Both the position numbers and the translations under genes were made by a program. The notes below the pieces were generated by a model. The model worked only from the letters and a program-made list of their open reading frames with translations, had not been told where the DNA came from and made no database searches. Positions 40,362 through 49,693 of a stretch of 64,000 nucleotides of DNA are shown here, one piece after another; positions within the stretch are counted from its first letter, which is position 1; the number at the start of each line of letters is the position of its first letter. The stretch is taken from contig CAVZMH010000024.1 of assembly GCA_963776345.1 (NCBI GenBank), positions 1 to 64,000 on the forward strand. The letters are read 5' to 3'. The stretch is from an uncultured delta proteobacterium. GTDB lineage: Bacteria; Myxococcota; Myxococcia; Myxococcales; Myxococcaceae.

Positions 40362-40503
40362 GCACGCCGCGCTCCTCGCCCTCGTGCTCGCCGCCACAGG
40401 CTGCGGGGTCCGGCCCAACAACCTGCGCTCGCCGGCTCCCGCGCCGGCCAGCGCTCCATCGCCCGCCCCGCGCCCCCCCGGCGCACCCGACGCGGGTCCG
40501 TAG
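40336..40503 (+). CDS. Small lipoprotein (LppL/LptM-like position and size)
   Basis: GTG start; RHAALLALVLAATGC lipobox, CGVRPNNLRSP, Pro/Ala tail; immediately upstream of lysA. Confidence 0.55.
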   Translation: MPRSGFASRHAALLALVLAATGCGVRPNNLRSPAPAPASAPSPAPRPPGAPDAGP

Positions 40504-40512
40504 AGGGCGGCG

Positions 40513-41760
40513 ATGGACCACTTCCATCCACGCCGCGGGGTGCTCCACGTCGAGGACGTCTCGCTGGAGCGCATCGCGACGCGCGTCGGGACGCCAACCT
40601 ACGTCTACTCGGAGGCGACGCTGCGGCGGCATTTCCGGGTGGTGGACGAGGCGTTCGCCGGCGCCCCGCACCTCATCTGCTACTCGGTGAAGGCGAACGG
40701 GAACCTGGCGCTCCTCTCGGCGCTCGCGCGTTGGGGCTCGGGGTTCGACGTCGTCTCCGGCGGCGAGCTGGCGCGGGTGCTCGAGGCGGGCGGTGACCCC
40801 GCGCGCACCGTCTTCGCCGGGGTGGGCAAGACCGAGCCCGAGATGGCCTACGCGCTCCGGGCGGGCATCGGGATGTTCAACGTGGAGAGCGCCGAGGAGC
40901 TGGAGGCGCTCGACCGGGTGGGGCGCCGTCTCCGCCGCCGCGCCCCCTTCGCCATCCGGGTGAACCCCGGGGTGGAGGCCGGCACGCACCGGCACATCTC
41001 CACCGGGCACTCGACCTCGAAGTTCGGGGTCCCCTTCTCCGAGGCCCGCGCGCTCTACGCCCGGGCCCGCCGGATGCGCGGCGTGAGGGCGCGGGGCGTG
41101 GACTGCCACATCGGCAGCCAGCTCACCCGGCTCGGCCCGCTCGCCGCCGCGCTCCGCCAGGTCGCGGGGCTGTACCGCGCGCTCCGCGCCGGGGGGCAAC
41201 TGCTGGAGTGGCTCGACGTGGGCGGCGGTCTCGGCATCCGCTACCAGGACGAGGAGCCGCCCTCCCCGGACCGCTGGGCGGCCACCGTGCGCGAGGCCAC
41301 CCGGGACACCGGGGCCACGGTGCTGGTCGAGCCGGGCCGGGTGCTGGTGGGGAACGCCGGCGTGCTCCTCACCCGGGTGCTCTACCGGAAGCGGGCCGGG
41401 GGGCGGACGCTGGTGGTGGTGGACGCCGGGATGAACGACCTCCTCCGTCCGGCGCTCTACGGGGCCAAGCACACCATCGTCCCGGTGCGGGGCCGGCGGG
41501 GCAGGGCGCAGACGGTGGACGTGGTGGGCCCGGTCTGCGAATCGACCGACGTGCTGGGCCGCGACCGCCGCCTGGTGCTACCCGAGCCGGGCGCGCTGCT
41601 CGCCATCCGGGGCGCCGGGGCCTACGGGATGAGCATGGCCAGCACGTACAACGGGCGGCCCCGTCCGGCCGAGGTGCTGGTCTCGGGTGCCCGGGCCCGG
41701 GTGGTGCGCCGGCGCGAGCGGGTGGAGGACCTCTGGCGCGGCGAGCCAAGCGGACGGTAG
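40513..41760 (+). CDS. lysA: Diaminopimelate decarboxylase
   Basis: YSVKAN, FDVVSGGE, SKFG, HIGSQ, GGGLG, EPGR, GPVCESTD, GAYG...YN.RP. Confidence 0.97.
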   Translation: MDHFHPRRGVLHVEDVSLERIATRVGTPTYVYSEATLRRHFRVVDEAFAGAPHLICYSVKANGNLALLSALARWGSGFDVVSGGELARVLEAGGDPARTVFAGVGKTEPEMAYALRAGIGMFNVESAEELEALDRVGRRLRRRAPFAIRVNPGVEAGTHRHISTGHSTSKFGVPFSEARALYARARRMRGVRARGVDCHIGSQLTRLGPLAAALRQVAGLYRALRAGGQLLEWLDVGGGLGIRYQDEEPPSPDRWAATVREATRDTGATVLVEPGRVLVGNAGVLLTRVLYRKRAGGRTLVVVDAGMNDLLRPALYGAKHTIVPVRGRRGRAQTVDVVGPVCESTDVLGRDRRLVLPEPGALLAIRGAGAYGMSMASTYNGRPRPAEVLVSGARARVVRRRERVEDLWRGEPSGR

Positions 41761-41773
41761 GGTGGCCGGCGCG

Positions 41774-42655
41774 ATGAAGCTCCAGGGTTCGATGACCGCG
41801 CTGGCCACGCCGTTCCGCGGCGGGGCGCTGGATGAGGACGCCTACCGGGCGCTGGTTCGCCAGCAGCTCGCCGGCGGCACCGCGGGCCTGGTGCCCTGCG
41901 GGACGACGGGCGAGGCGATGACCATGACCTTGGCCGAGCGCGTCCGGGCGGTGCGGGTGGTGGTCGAGGAGGCGAAGGGCCGGGTGCCGGTGGTGGCCGG
42001 TGCGGGGAGCAACAGCACCGCCGAGACCATCGAGGCGATGGGCCGGGTCCGCGAGGTGGGCGCCGACGCCGCGCTGATCGTCACCCCCTACTACAACAAG
42101 CCCAACCAGGCCGGGCTGCTCGAGCACTACCGCGCCTGCGTGCGGGCGCACCCCGGGTTCCCCATCGTCGTCTACAACGTGCCGGGCCGGACGGCGGGCG
42201 ACATCCTCCCGGAGACGATGCAGCGGCTGTGCGAGCTGGCGGAGATCGTCGCCATCAAGGAGGCGACGGCGAGCATGATCCGCGCGGTGGAGCTGCGCGA
42301 GAAGTGCGGCCCGCGGCTGACCCTGCTCTCGGGCGACGACTACACGGTGGTGCCGTTCATCGCCTGCGGCGGTGAGGGCGTCATCTCGGTGTCCTCGAAC
42401 GTGGCGCCGCGCCTGATGGCGGACATGGTGGAGGCGGCGCGGCGCGGCGAGCGTGACCGGGCGCTCGAGCTCCAGGTTCGCCTGAATCCGCTGCACCGGC
42501 TGCTCTTCGCCGAGCCGAACCCCATTCCGGTGAAGTGGGCGCTCCATCTGATGGGCATGTTCGGCCCGGAGATCCGCCTCCCCCTGGTCCCGCTCGGGGA
42601 GCCGCACCGGATCGCGCTGGCGACCGAGCTGCGGCGGCTGGGCCTTCTGAGCTGA
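41774..42655 (+). CDS. dapA: 4-hydroxy-tetrahydrodipicolinate synthase
   Basis: GTTGE, TPYYNKP, YNVPGRT, IKEA, SGDD, NPIPVK. Confidence 0.97.
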   Translation: MKLQGSMTALATPFRGGALDEDAYRALVRQQLAGGTAGLVPCGTTGEAMTMTLAERVRAVRVVVEEAKGRVPVVAGAGSNSTAETIEAMGRVREVGADAALIVTPYYNKPNQAGLLEHYRACVRAHPGFPIVVYNVPGRTAGDILPETMQRLCELAEIVAIKEATASMIRAVELREKCGPRLTLLSGDDYTVVPFIACGGEGVISVSSNVAPRLMADMVEAARRGERDRALELQVRLNPLHRLLFAEPNPIPVKWALHLMGMFGPEIRLPLVPLGEPHRIALATELRRLGLLS

Positions 42656-42692
42656 GGGATCTGTACCGGCGCGGCGAACGCCAGCTCGCTAG

Positions 42693-43586
42693 ATGAGGGC
42701 GGAGATGGCGGACGCAAAGAGAACCTCCACCGGTCTGCTGTTCGCCCTCTGCTCGATCTTCATCGTCCAGATCGGCGCGGCCGCCTCGACGCCGGTCTTC
42801 GCGGTCATCGGCCCGGCCGGGACGGCGTGGCTCCGGCTGTGCTGGGCAGGGGTGTTCTTCGTGGCGGTCGCGCGGCCGAGCCTGCGGGCGCTCCACCGGC
42901 ATGACCTGGCCGCGGCCCTCCTCCTCGGAGTGGTGAGCGCCGGGATGACCATCACCTTCTTCGAGGCCATCGCCCGCATTCCCCTCGCCACCGCGGTGGC
43001 CATCGAGTTCCTCGGGCCGCTCACCGTGGCCGTGCTCCGCCGCACCGGACGCTGGGGGCTGGTCTGGCCGCCGCTGGCGTTCGCCGGGGTGCTGCTGGTG
43101 ACGCAGCCCTGGTCGGGCCTCACCGACACCGTGGGCATCGCCTTCGCGCTCGGCGCCGGGATGGGCTGGGCGTCGTACATCCTCCTGACCCAGCGCATCG
43201 GCCAGCGCTTCCACGGGCTCGCCGGGCTGGCCATTTCCATGCCCGCGGCGGCGCTCGCCGCCACGCCTCTGGGGCTGGTCCAGGCGCTCGGGCACCTGAC
43301 GCCCATGGTGGTCCTCGCCTGCGCCGGGCTGGCGCTGCTCCTGCCCGTCATCCCGTACTCGCTGGAGCTGCTCGCGCTGCGGCGCCTCGACGCGGGCACC
43401 TTCGGGACGTTGATGAGCGTCGAGCCCGCCGCCGCGCTCCTGGTGGGCGCGGTGATGCTCCGCCAGTTCCCCGGATGGGGACAGGCGCTCGGCATCGGCC
43501 TGGTCACCGTGGCCGCCGTCGGCGCCGCGCGCACCGGGCGGCCGGAGGAGACCGCCGAGCCCGTGCCCGCGCCGGCGACCGTCTGA
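42693..43586 (+). CDS. EamA transporter, RhtA-like amino-acid exporter
   Basis: VQIGAA, AIARIPLATAVAIEFLGPL, IPYSLELLALRRL...FGTLMSVEPA. Confidence 0.9.
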   Translation: MRAEMADAKRTSTGLLFALCSIFIVQIGAAASTPVFAVIGPAGTAWLRLCWAGVFFVAVARPSLRALHRHDLAAALLLGVVSAGMTITFFEAIARIPLATAVAIEFLGPLTVAVLRRTGRWGLVWPPLAFAGVLLVTQPWSGLTDTVGIAFALGAGMGWASYILLTQRIGQRFHGLAGLAISMPAAALAATPLGLVQALGHLTPMVVLACAGLALLLPVIPYSLELLALRRLDAGTFGTLMSVEPAAALLVGAVMLRQFPGWGQALGIGLVTVAAVGAARTGRPEETAEPVPAPATV

Positions 43587-43710
43587 TCGGCGGTCGAACC
43601 GACGGCCGCCAGGGGATGCTCCCGCGGAGGCCCCGAGGAGAGTGGCCCGGCGGGACGGCCGCTCGCCGCCTCGCGCGCCACGGGCGCCGGGCGTGCTACA
43701 TCGCTCCGCC

Positions 43711-44517
43711 GTGCCACTCACCCTCCTCGTCGCCGGGGTCCCGGGCCGCATGGGCTCGGCGGTGGTGCGCGCCGCGGCGGAGGAGCCCGCGGTGAAGGTC
43801 GTCGGCGCGGTCGCCCGCCCGGGCTCGCCGGCGCGCGGGCGGGACGTCGGCACGCTCTCCGGCGTCGCGGCGCTCCAGCTGCCGCTCCGGGACGACTTCG
43901 CCGCCGCGCTCGCCGAGGTGCGGCCCGACGTCGCCGTGGACTTCACCGCACCCGAGTCGTCCGCCGACTTCGCCGAGGCCTGCGCCCGGCAGGGCGTCCC
44001 CTTCGTCACCGGCACCACCGGCTTCACCATCGCCCAGCGCGAGCGGCTCGACCGCGCCGCGGCGCGCATCCCGCTCGTCGTCTCGCCCAACATGTCGGTG
44101 GGCGTGCACGTGATGCTCGAGGCCGCGTCGCTCCTCGGCCGGGTCCTCGGGACCGGGTGGGACGCCGAGGTGCTCGAGCTGCACCACCGGCTGAAGAAGG
44201 ACGCCCCGAGCGGCACCGCGCTCCGCATCGCCGAGGTGGTGGCCAAGGCCCGCGGGCAGGACGCCTCGGTGCTCCGCCTGGCCCGCGCCGGGACCGTGGG
44301 CGAGCGCCCCCCGGGGGAGATCGGCGTCCAGACGCTCCGGGGCGGTGACGTGGTGGGCGAGCACACCGTCTTCTTCCTCGCGCCGGGCGAACGCATCGAG
44401 CTCAGCCACCGCGCCACGAGCCGCGACCAGTTCGCCAAGGGCGCGCTCCGCGCCGCGCTGTGGGTCCGCGGCCAGCCCCCCGGGCAGTACGGGATGCGGG
44501 ACGTGCTGGGGCTGTGA
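43711..44517 (+). CDS. dapB: 4-hydroxy-tetrahydrodipicolinate reductase
   Basis: GRMG, DFT, GTTG, ELHHRLKKDAPSGTA, GEHTV. Confidence 0.97.
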   Translation: MPLTLLVAGVPGRMGSAVVRAAAEEPAVKVVGAVARPGSPARGRDVGTLSGVAALQLPLRDDFAAALAEVRPDVAVDFTAPESSADFAEACARQGVPFVTGTTGFTIAQRERLDRAAARIPLVVSPNMSVGVHVMLEAASLLGRVLGTGWDAEVLELHHRLKKDAPSGTALRIAEVVAKARGQDASVLRLARAGTVGERPPGEIGVQTLRGGDVVGEHTVFFLAPGERIELSHRATSRDQFAKGALRAALWVRGQPPGQYGMRDVLGL

Positions 44518-45035
44518 GCGCCGCGGCGGCGAGCGACGGACCGGTGTACGTGGGCCTCGGCGCGAACCTCGGCGACCCCGAGCGCACGCTGGCCGCCGCC
44601 CTCGAGGACCTCGCGCGCCTCGAGGACGTGGCGGTGCTCCGCTGCTCCTCGCTCTACGCCGCGGCCCCGGTGGGCCCCCCCCAGCCCGAGTTCCGCAACG
44701 CCGTGGTGGGGCTGTCGACCGGTCGCACGCCCGGATCGCTCCTGGCCGCCCTCCTGGACATCGAGCGGGCGCACGGCCGGGTCCGCGTCGAGCGGTGGGG
44801 ACCGCGGCTCCTCGACCTCGACATCCTCCTCTGGGGAGACCGGGTGGTGGACGTTCCGGGGCTGCACATCCCCCACCCCGAGCTCCACCGGCGCCGCTTC
44901 GCGCTCGAGCCGCTGGCCGAGCTGGATCCGGCGGCGCGCCACCCCGTCCTCCAGAAAACCGTCGCCGAGCTGCTGGCCGGCGTGCGAGATCAGCCGGTGC
45001 AGCGCCTCGATTCCGCCGTGTGGAGACCTCGATGA
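44514..45035 (+). CDS. folK: HPPK pyrophosphokinase
   Basis: YVGLGANLG, QPEFRNAV, RWGPRLLDLDILL, IPHP...RRF. Confidence 0.96.
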   Translation: MSAAAASDGPVYVGLGANLGDPERTLAAALEDLARLEDVAVLRCSSLYAAAPVGPPQPEFRNAVVGLSTGRTPGSLLAALLDIERAHGRVRVERWGPRLLDLDILLWGDRVVDVPGLHIPHPELHRRRFALEPLAELDPAARHPVLQKTVAELLAGVRDQPVQRLDSAVWRPR

Positions 45036-46522
45036 CGATGGCCGCAACCGCCCTGGTGCTGGTGCTCGCGCAGGGGCAGCCGCTCCCCCCGGGGCATCCC
45101 CCCATCTCGGGTGGGGTGGTCCCCGCGAAGCCCCTCCCGCCCGCGCCCGCCGCTCCTCTCGACCAGGCCCAGCCGGGCTCGGGCGACGCCGCGCTCCCGC
45201 CCGGTCATCCGGCCATCACTCCGGGCGGCGCGCCGCCGGCCGCGGGAACGGGGAGCAGCGCGCCCGGGAGCGCCGGCCAGCTTCCTGCCGGACACCCCAG
45301 CATCACCCCGGGTGCCGCGGCGTCGACGCTCGGACGACCTGCTCCGGAAGATGGACGCCACCCCGGACCTCAAGACGCAGCCCAAGCCGTACGAGGTCTC
45401 GGCGGCGATCGGCAAGCTCTACTACGGCCGTGGCCGATGGGCGGACGCACGCGACTTCTTCACCCAGGCGGAGAAGACCGCCGAGCCGGTCCGCTCTCTC
45501 TTCCTCGAGCAGAGGAAGCAGGTGAAGAAGCGCGCTCCCGGACGCGGCCCCGGCCGGCTGCCGGCTCTCGAGCGACATGGCGGTGGAGAAGGTGGTCGAG
45601 CAGGCCCGCAGCCTCGCGGCCCAGAAGCAGCACGGCCCGGCGGCGGCCTGCGCGCTGGAGGCGCTCGGCCCGGCCCTCGACGCCACCGCGCTGCTCGGGA
45701 ACGCGCTGGCCCTGATGGGCGACAGCAAGGGCGCGCTCGCCGCGTACGAGCGAGTGCTGCAGATCCAGCCCCGGAACGCCGAGGCGCTGTACGGGCATGG
45801 CGCGGTCACCTTCGAGACGAAGGGCGACGACGTCGCGGCGTTGAAGGCCGCGCGGACGGAGCTCCAGACGGCGGCCGAGGTGGCGCCGAGCTCCCCCCAG
45901 TCGGCGTCGGCCCGGGCGCTCGCCCAGCGCATCGACCAGGTCATCGCCGCAGGGGGCGCGACGAGGTTCGCCCGCCAGCAGCAGAAGATCCGGGCCGAGG
46001 CCAAGCCGGTGGTGGCGGCAGGGCCGATGGCGGACCGATGGCCGCCGCTCCGATGGCCGCGGGCCCGGCGCAGCCCGCCCCCGGACCCTCGGCGGCGAAC
46101 CTGCCGCGCCGCCCCAGCTGAGCAAGGAGACGATGGAGGCGTTCCAGAAGACCGAGGTGACGCCCGAGATGCAGGCCAGCTTCGCCCGGCTGATCGAGGA
46201 CGGAGAGGCCAAGCTCGTCGCCAACAAGTACCAGGACGCGCTCGACGACTTCCGGCAGGTGATGCCCTACCAGCCCAACAACGCGCGGCTGCGCGCGGGT
46301 ATGGCCTGGGCGCTGGTCGGGCTGCAGCGGCAGCCGATGGCGGACAACGTGTGGCGCGTGGCGGTCGGCTCGGATCCGGCCTCGGTGGACGCCCTCGGTG
46401 ACCGGCTCTCCAAGGCGGGCAACAGGGAGAGCGCCCGCGCCCTGTGGACCAAGCTCCAGGCGAGCGACCCGGACTACGCCTCGCGCTCCGGCGTGCAGAA
46501 GAAGCTGGGCGGTTCGCCCTAG
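45032..46522 (+). CDS. Exported TPR protein with N-terminal LPxGHP repeats; 3-4 frameshifts
   Basis: Contiguous TPR-like segments distributed over three frames (shifts near 45325, 45530, 46030 and 46110). Confidence 0.7.
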
Positions 46523-47881
46523 CTGGCGACGGCGCCGGTCTCGCGAGCGACCGGCACCTCCTTCACCGTCGCCGGCCCGGCCAGGGTCGGCACGGCGAAG
46601 GTGACCTCGTCGCGGCCGAGGAAGTGCGCCGGCCCGTCGAGGAGGGCGAGCAGCCCGCGCCGCTCTCATCCAGGCCACCGCCAGCGTGAACAGCGCGGCA
46701 GCCGTGGCCATGGTGAGGCGGAGCCCCACCCGGTCCCCGAGCCAGGAGAGCGTGAGGAGCCCCACCGCGTACCCCACCCCCAGCACCATGGTGTAGAGGC
46801 TGCTGACCCGCGCCTGGAGCAGCCGCGAGACCCGGCTCATGCAGGTGGCGTTCACCCCGGTGAGCGTGGAGAGGTAGGCGCCGCCGAGGATGACGAGCAG
46901 CACCACCGCCATCCAGAACCGGGGCACGAGCCAGTAGGCGACCGCGACGACGCCGAGGGTCAGGGTCATCCGGCTCATCAGGCGCCGGCGGCCCCAGCGG
47001 TCGGCCAGCGTGCCGGTGAGCACCGCCGCGCCGATCGCTCCGACGCCCTGGGCGGTGGCGAGCAGCGAGGTGCCCGTGGCGCCGTGGCCGAAGATGGTGA
47101 TGGCGTACACCGGGATCAGCGCGATGAAGGGCGCCACCAGCACCGCGACGAGGCAGGTGAGGACCAGCGCGGTGCGGATGCCGGCGTCCTCGCGCGCGAC
47201 GCGGAAGCCGGTGACGATCTCCGCCCACAGGTCGCCGCGTCCGTCGTGCTCTGCCCTGGGCGGCAGATGGACGAGCATCAGCGAGACCAGCACCGCGACG
47301 AAGCTCGCGGCGTTGCAGAGGAAGGCGAGGGCGAGCCCCCCGGCGGCGATGGCCAGGGCGGCGAGCGACGGACCGATGATGCGGCCGAGGTTGTACTGCG
47401 CCGAGCTGAGGCTGAGCGCCGAGAGGAGATCCTCGGCGGGGACCAGCTCGGCGAGGAGCGACGAGTAGACCGGCGACACCAGCGCGTTCACGCACCCGGC
47501 GAGGAAGGCGAGCACCGCGACGGTCGGCACCGAGAGCCGCCCGGTGAAGGCGAGCACCGCCAGCACGGCCGCGAGGAGCGTCTGCGCGGTGGTGAGGACC
47601 GAGAGCAGCCGCCGCCGGTCGGTCCGGTCGGCCAGCGCGCCGGCGAGCGGGCCGAGGACCAGCGTGGGCAGATACATCAGCGCGGCCACCGTGCCGGTCC
47701 ACCCGGCGCGCCCGGTGGCCTGGGTGACGTACACGCCCACCCCGATGGTCTCCATCCAGGTGCCGACGTTGGAGACGAACGCGCCCAGCCAGAAGCGGAC
47801 GAAGTTCGGATGGCGAAAGGCGCGAAGGGAGGACAACCGGTCCTGCCTCGCGCGCCCGGGTCGAGCGACGGCGAGATCCAA
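46519..47881 (-). CDS. MFS transporter (MFS_3/EntS-like); frameshift near 46665
   Basis: FWLGAFVSNVGTWME, GALADRTDRRR, NLGRIIGP, LADRWGRRR; the shifted frame ends in a TAG abutting the TPR stop. Start uncertain. Confidence 0.85.
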
Positions 47882-48060
47882 GGGAATTCCAGCCCTCAGA
47901 CTACCGCGTCCCGGGGCGCACCGCAGGCACAGTGGCCGCCTGTTTCGCGCAGGGAAGGCTTGCGGCGCGGGGTGGGTCCGGGGCAAGTCAGGGAGCACCG
48001 GAGCCCACCCTGCTCGCCCTGGTCGACACACCCCGTCCGTCCAGTCCACGCCGCCGTGCG

Positions 48061-48585
48061 GTGCGCGGTCCCCTGTTCGCCCTCGCCGGCGCGATCGCCC
48101 TCTACGTCGCGCTCTGGGTCATCCCCTGGCGACTCCACCCGTCGACCGGGCGAGGTGCGCTCGGCGTCTACGAGGTGGGACAGGAGGGTCGCCTGGACCC
48201 GCTCCCCGAGGGCGCACCGCTGCCCGCGGGGACGAAGGTGGCGTTCGGCGTCAGCTCGGAGCGCGAAGCGTCGGTGGTGGTGCTCGCCCTGCGCCCCCGA
48301 CGAGTGCTGCTGGTGAGCCCGTCGACGCCCGCGACCGGCGCCATCGAGCGGATCCGCCCCGGCGGGCCCACGGTGCTGTCGGACCGTCCGGCCATCGACG
48401 GCCCTCCCGGGCTGGTGCGCTTCCTGGCGGTGTTCTGCCGGAGCGCGCTGCCGCCCCAGACGGTGCTCAAGGCGGGCGAGCGGGCGCTGGCCGTGGGTGG
48501 GGGCGATCCCGACGCGGTCCACACGCTGGACCTCGGCTGCGCCGAGGCCTTCGCCAGCGCGAGGGTGGTCGGGCCCAGGCCCTAG
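48061..48585 (+). CDS. Membrane-anchored hypothetical protein (DUF4384-like fold possible)
   Basis: N-terminal TM followed by a beta-rich domain, ...DGPPGLVRFLAVFC. Confidence 0.55.
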   Translation: MRGPLFALAGAIALYVALWVIPWRLHPSTGRGALGVYEVGQEGRLDPLPEGAPLPAGTKVAFGVSSEREASVVVLALRPRRVLLVSPSTPATGAIERIRPGGPTVLSDRPAIDGPPGLVRFLAVFCRSALPPQTVLKAGERALAVGGGDPDAVHTLDLGCAEAFASARVVGPRP

Positions 48586-49622
48586 ATCAGCCGCGCGGCG
48601 AGCAGGTCCTGCACGTCGATGAGCCCGACGGGGTGGCCATCGGCGTTGACCACCGGAAGCTGATCCACGTGCGCCTCGCGCATCAGCGCCGCGGCGGTCA
48701 GCGCCAGGTCCTCCGGCGACACGCAGCGCGGGTGGTGGCCCATCACCGCGGAGACCGGCAGGGCGAAGTCGGTCTTCCCCCGCTCGACCATCCGCCGGAG
48801 GTCGCCGTCGGTGAAGATGCCCACCAGCCGGCCCGAGGCGTCGACGACGTTGGTCGCGCCAGGACGCCCGGGGGTGTTGGTCATCACCACCACCGCCTCG
48901 TGCAGCGGAGCGTCGGCCCGCACCACCGGGTTGGCGCGCCCGGCGCGCATCACCTCCAGCACCCGCATCACGCTCCGACCCAGCTTTCCGCCCGGGTGGA
49001 GCGCGGCGTACTCCTCGCTGCTGAACTGGCGCGTCTTGAGGAGGGTCATCGCCAGCGCGTCCGAGACCGCGTGCAGCGCGGCCGAGCTGGCGGTGGGGAC
49101 CAGCCCCAGCGGGCAGGCCTCGGGGATGGCGCCCACGTCGAGCACCACGTCCGCGCCGCGGGCCAGCGGGGAGTCGCCGTCGCCGGTGATGGCGACGATC
49201 TGCGCCCCGAGGCGCCGGAGCGAGGGGAGGAGCCGCACCAGCTCCTCGGTCGAGCCGCTGTTGGAGAGCGCCAGCACCACGTCGCCCCGGCTGACGCGGC
49301 CGAGGTCGCCGTGCAGCGCCTCGGAGGGGTGGAGGTAGAGCGAGGGGACGCCGGTGGAGGCGAGCGTCGCCGACAGCTTCTGGGCGATGAAGCCGGGCTT
49401 CCCCAGTCCGGTGACGATCACGTGGCCCTCGCAGGCCCGCAGCAGCTCCAGCGCACGGATGAAGCCCGCCCCGAGCCGCTCCTTGGCGCCGAGGATGGCC
49501 GCGGCCTCGGCATCGAGGACTCCCCGGGCGTAGGCCAGCGCGTCCGCCCGCTGCGCCAGCCTCCTCCGCGACGCCGAGGGGCGAGAACGGACGCGGGAGG
49601 GGCGGGGGACGGGGCGTCGCAT
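48582..49622 (-). CDS. kdsD: Arabinose-5-phosphate isomerase (KpsF/GutQ, SIS + CBS)
   Basis: TGLGKPG, LASTG, EALHGDLG, SNSG, EACPLGLVPT, HPGGKLG, GIFTDGDLRR. Confidence 0.93.
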   Translation of the reverse strand: MRRPVPRPSRVRSRPSASRRRLAQRADALAYARGVLDAEAAAILGAKERLGAGFIRALELLRACEGHVIVTGLGKPGFIAQKLSATLASTGVPSLYLHPSEALHGDLGRVSRGDVVLALSNSGSTEELVRLLPSLRRLGAQIVAITGDGDSPLARGADVVLDVGAIPEACPLGLVPTASSAALHAVSDALAMTLLKTRQFSSEEYAALHPGGKLGRSVMRVLEVMRAGRANPVVRADAPLHEAVVVMTNTPGRPGATNVVDASGRLVGIFTDGDLRRMVERGKTDFALPVSAVMGHHPRCVSPEDLALTAAALMREAHVDQLPVVNADGHPVGLIDVQDLLAARLI

Positions 49623-49693
49623 CGCGAGGGAGGAACCCCGCTCATACCGCGCGTGGCCGGTCGAGGCTAGGGTGCGCCGGCCCGTTGCCATCC

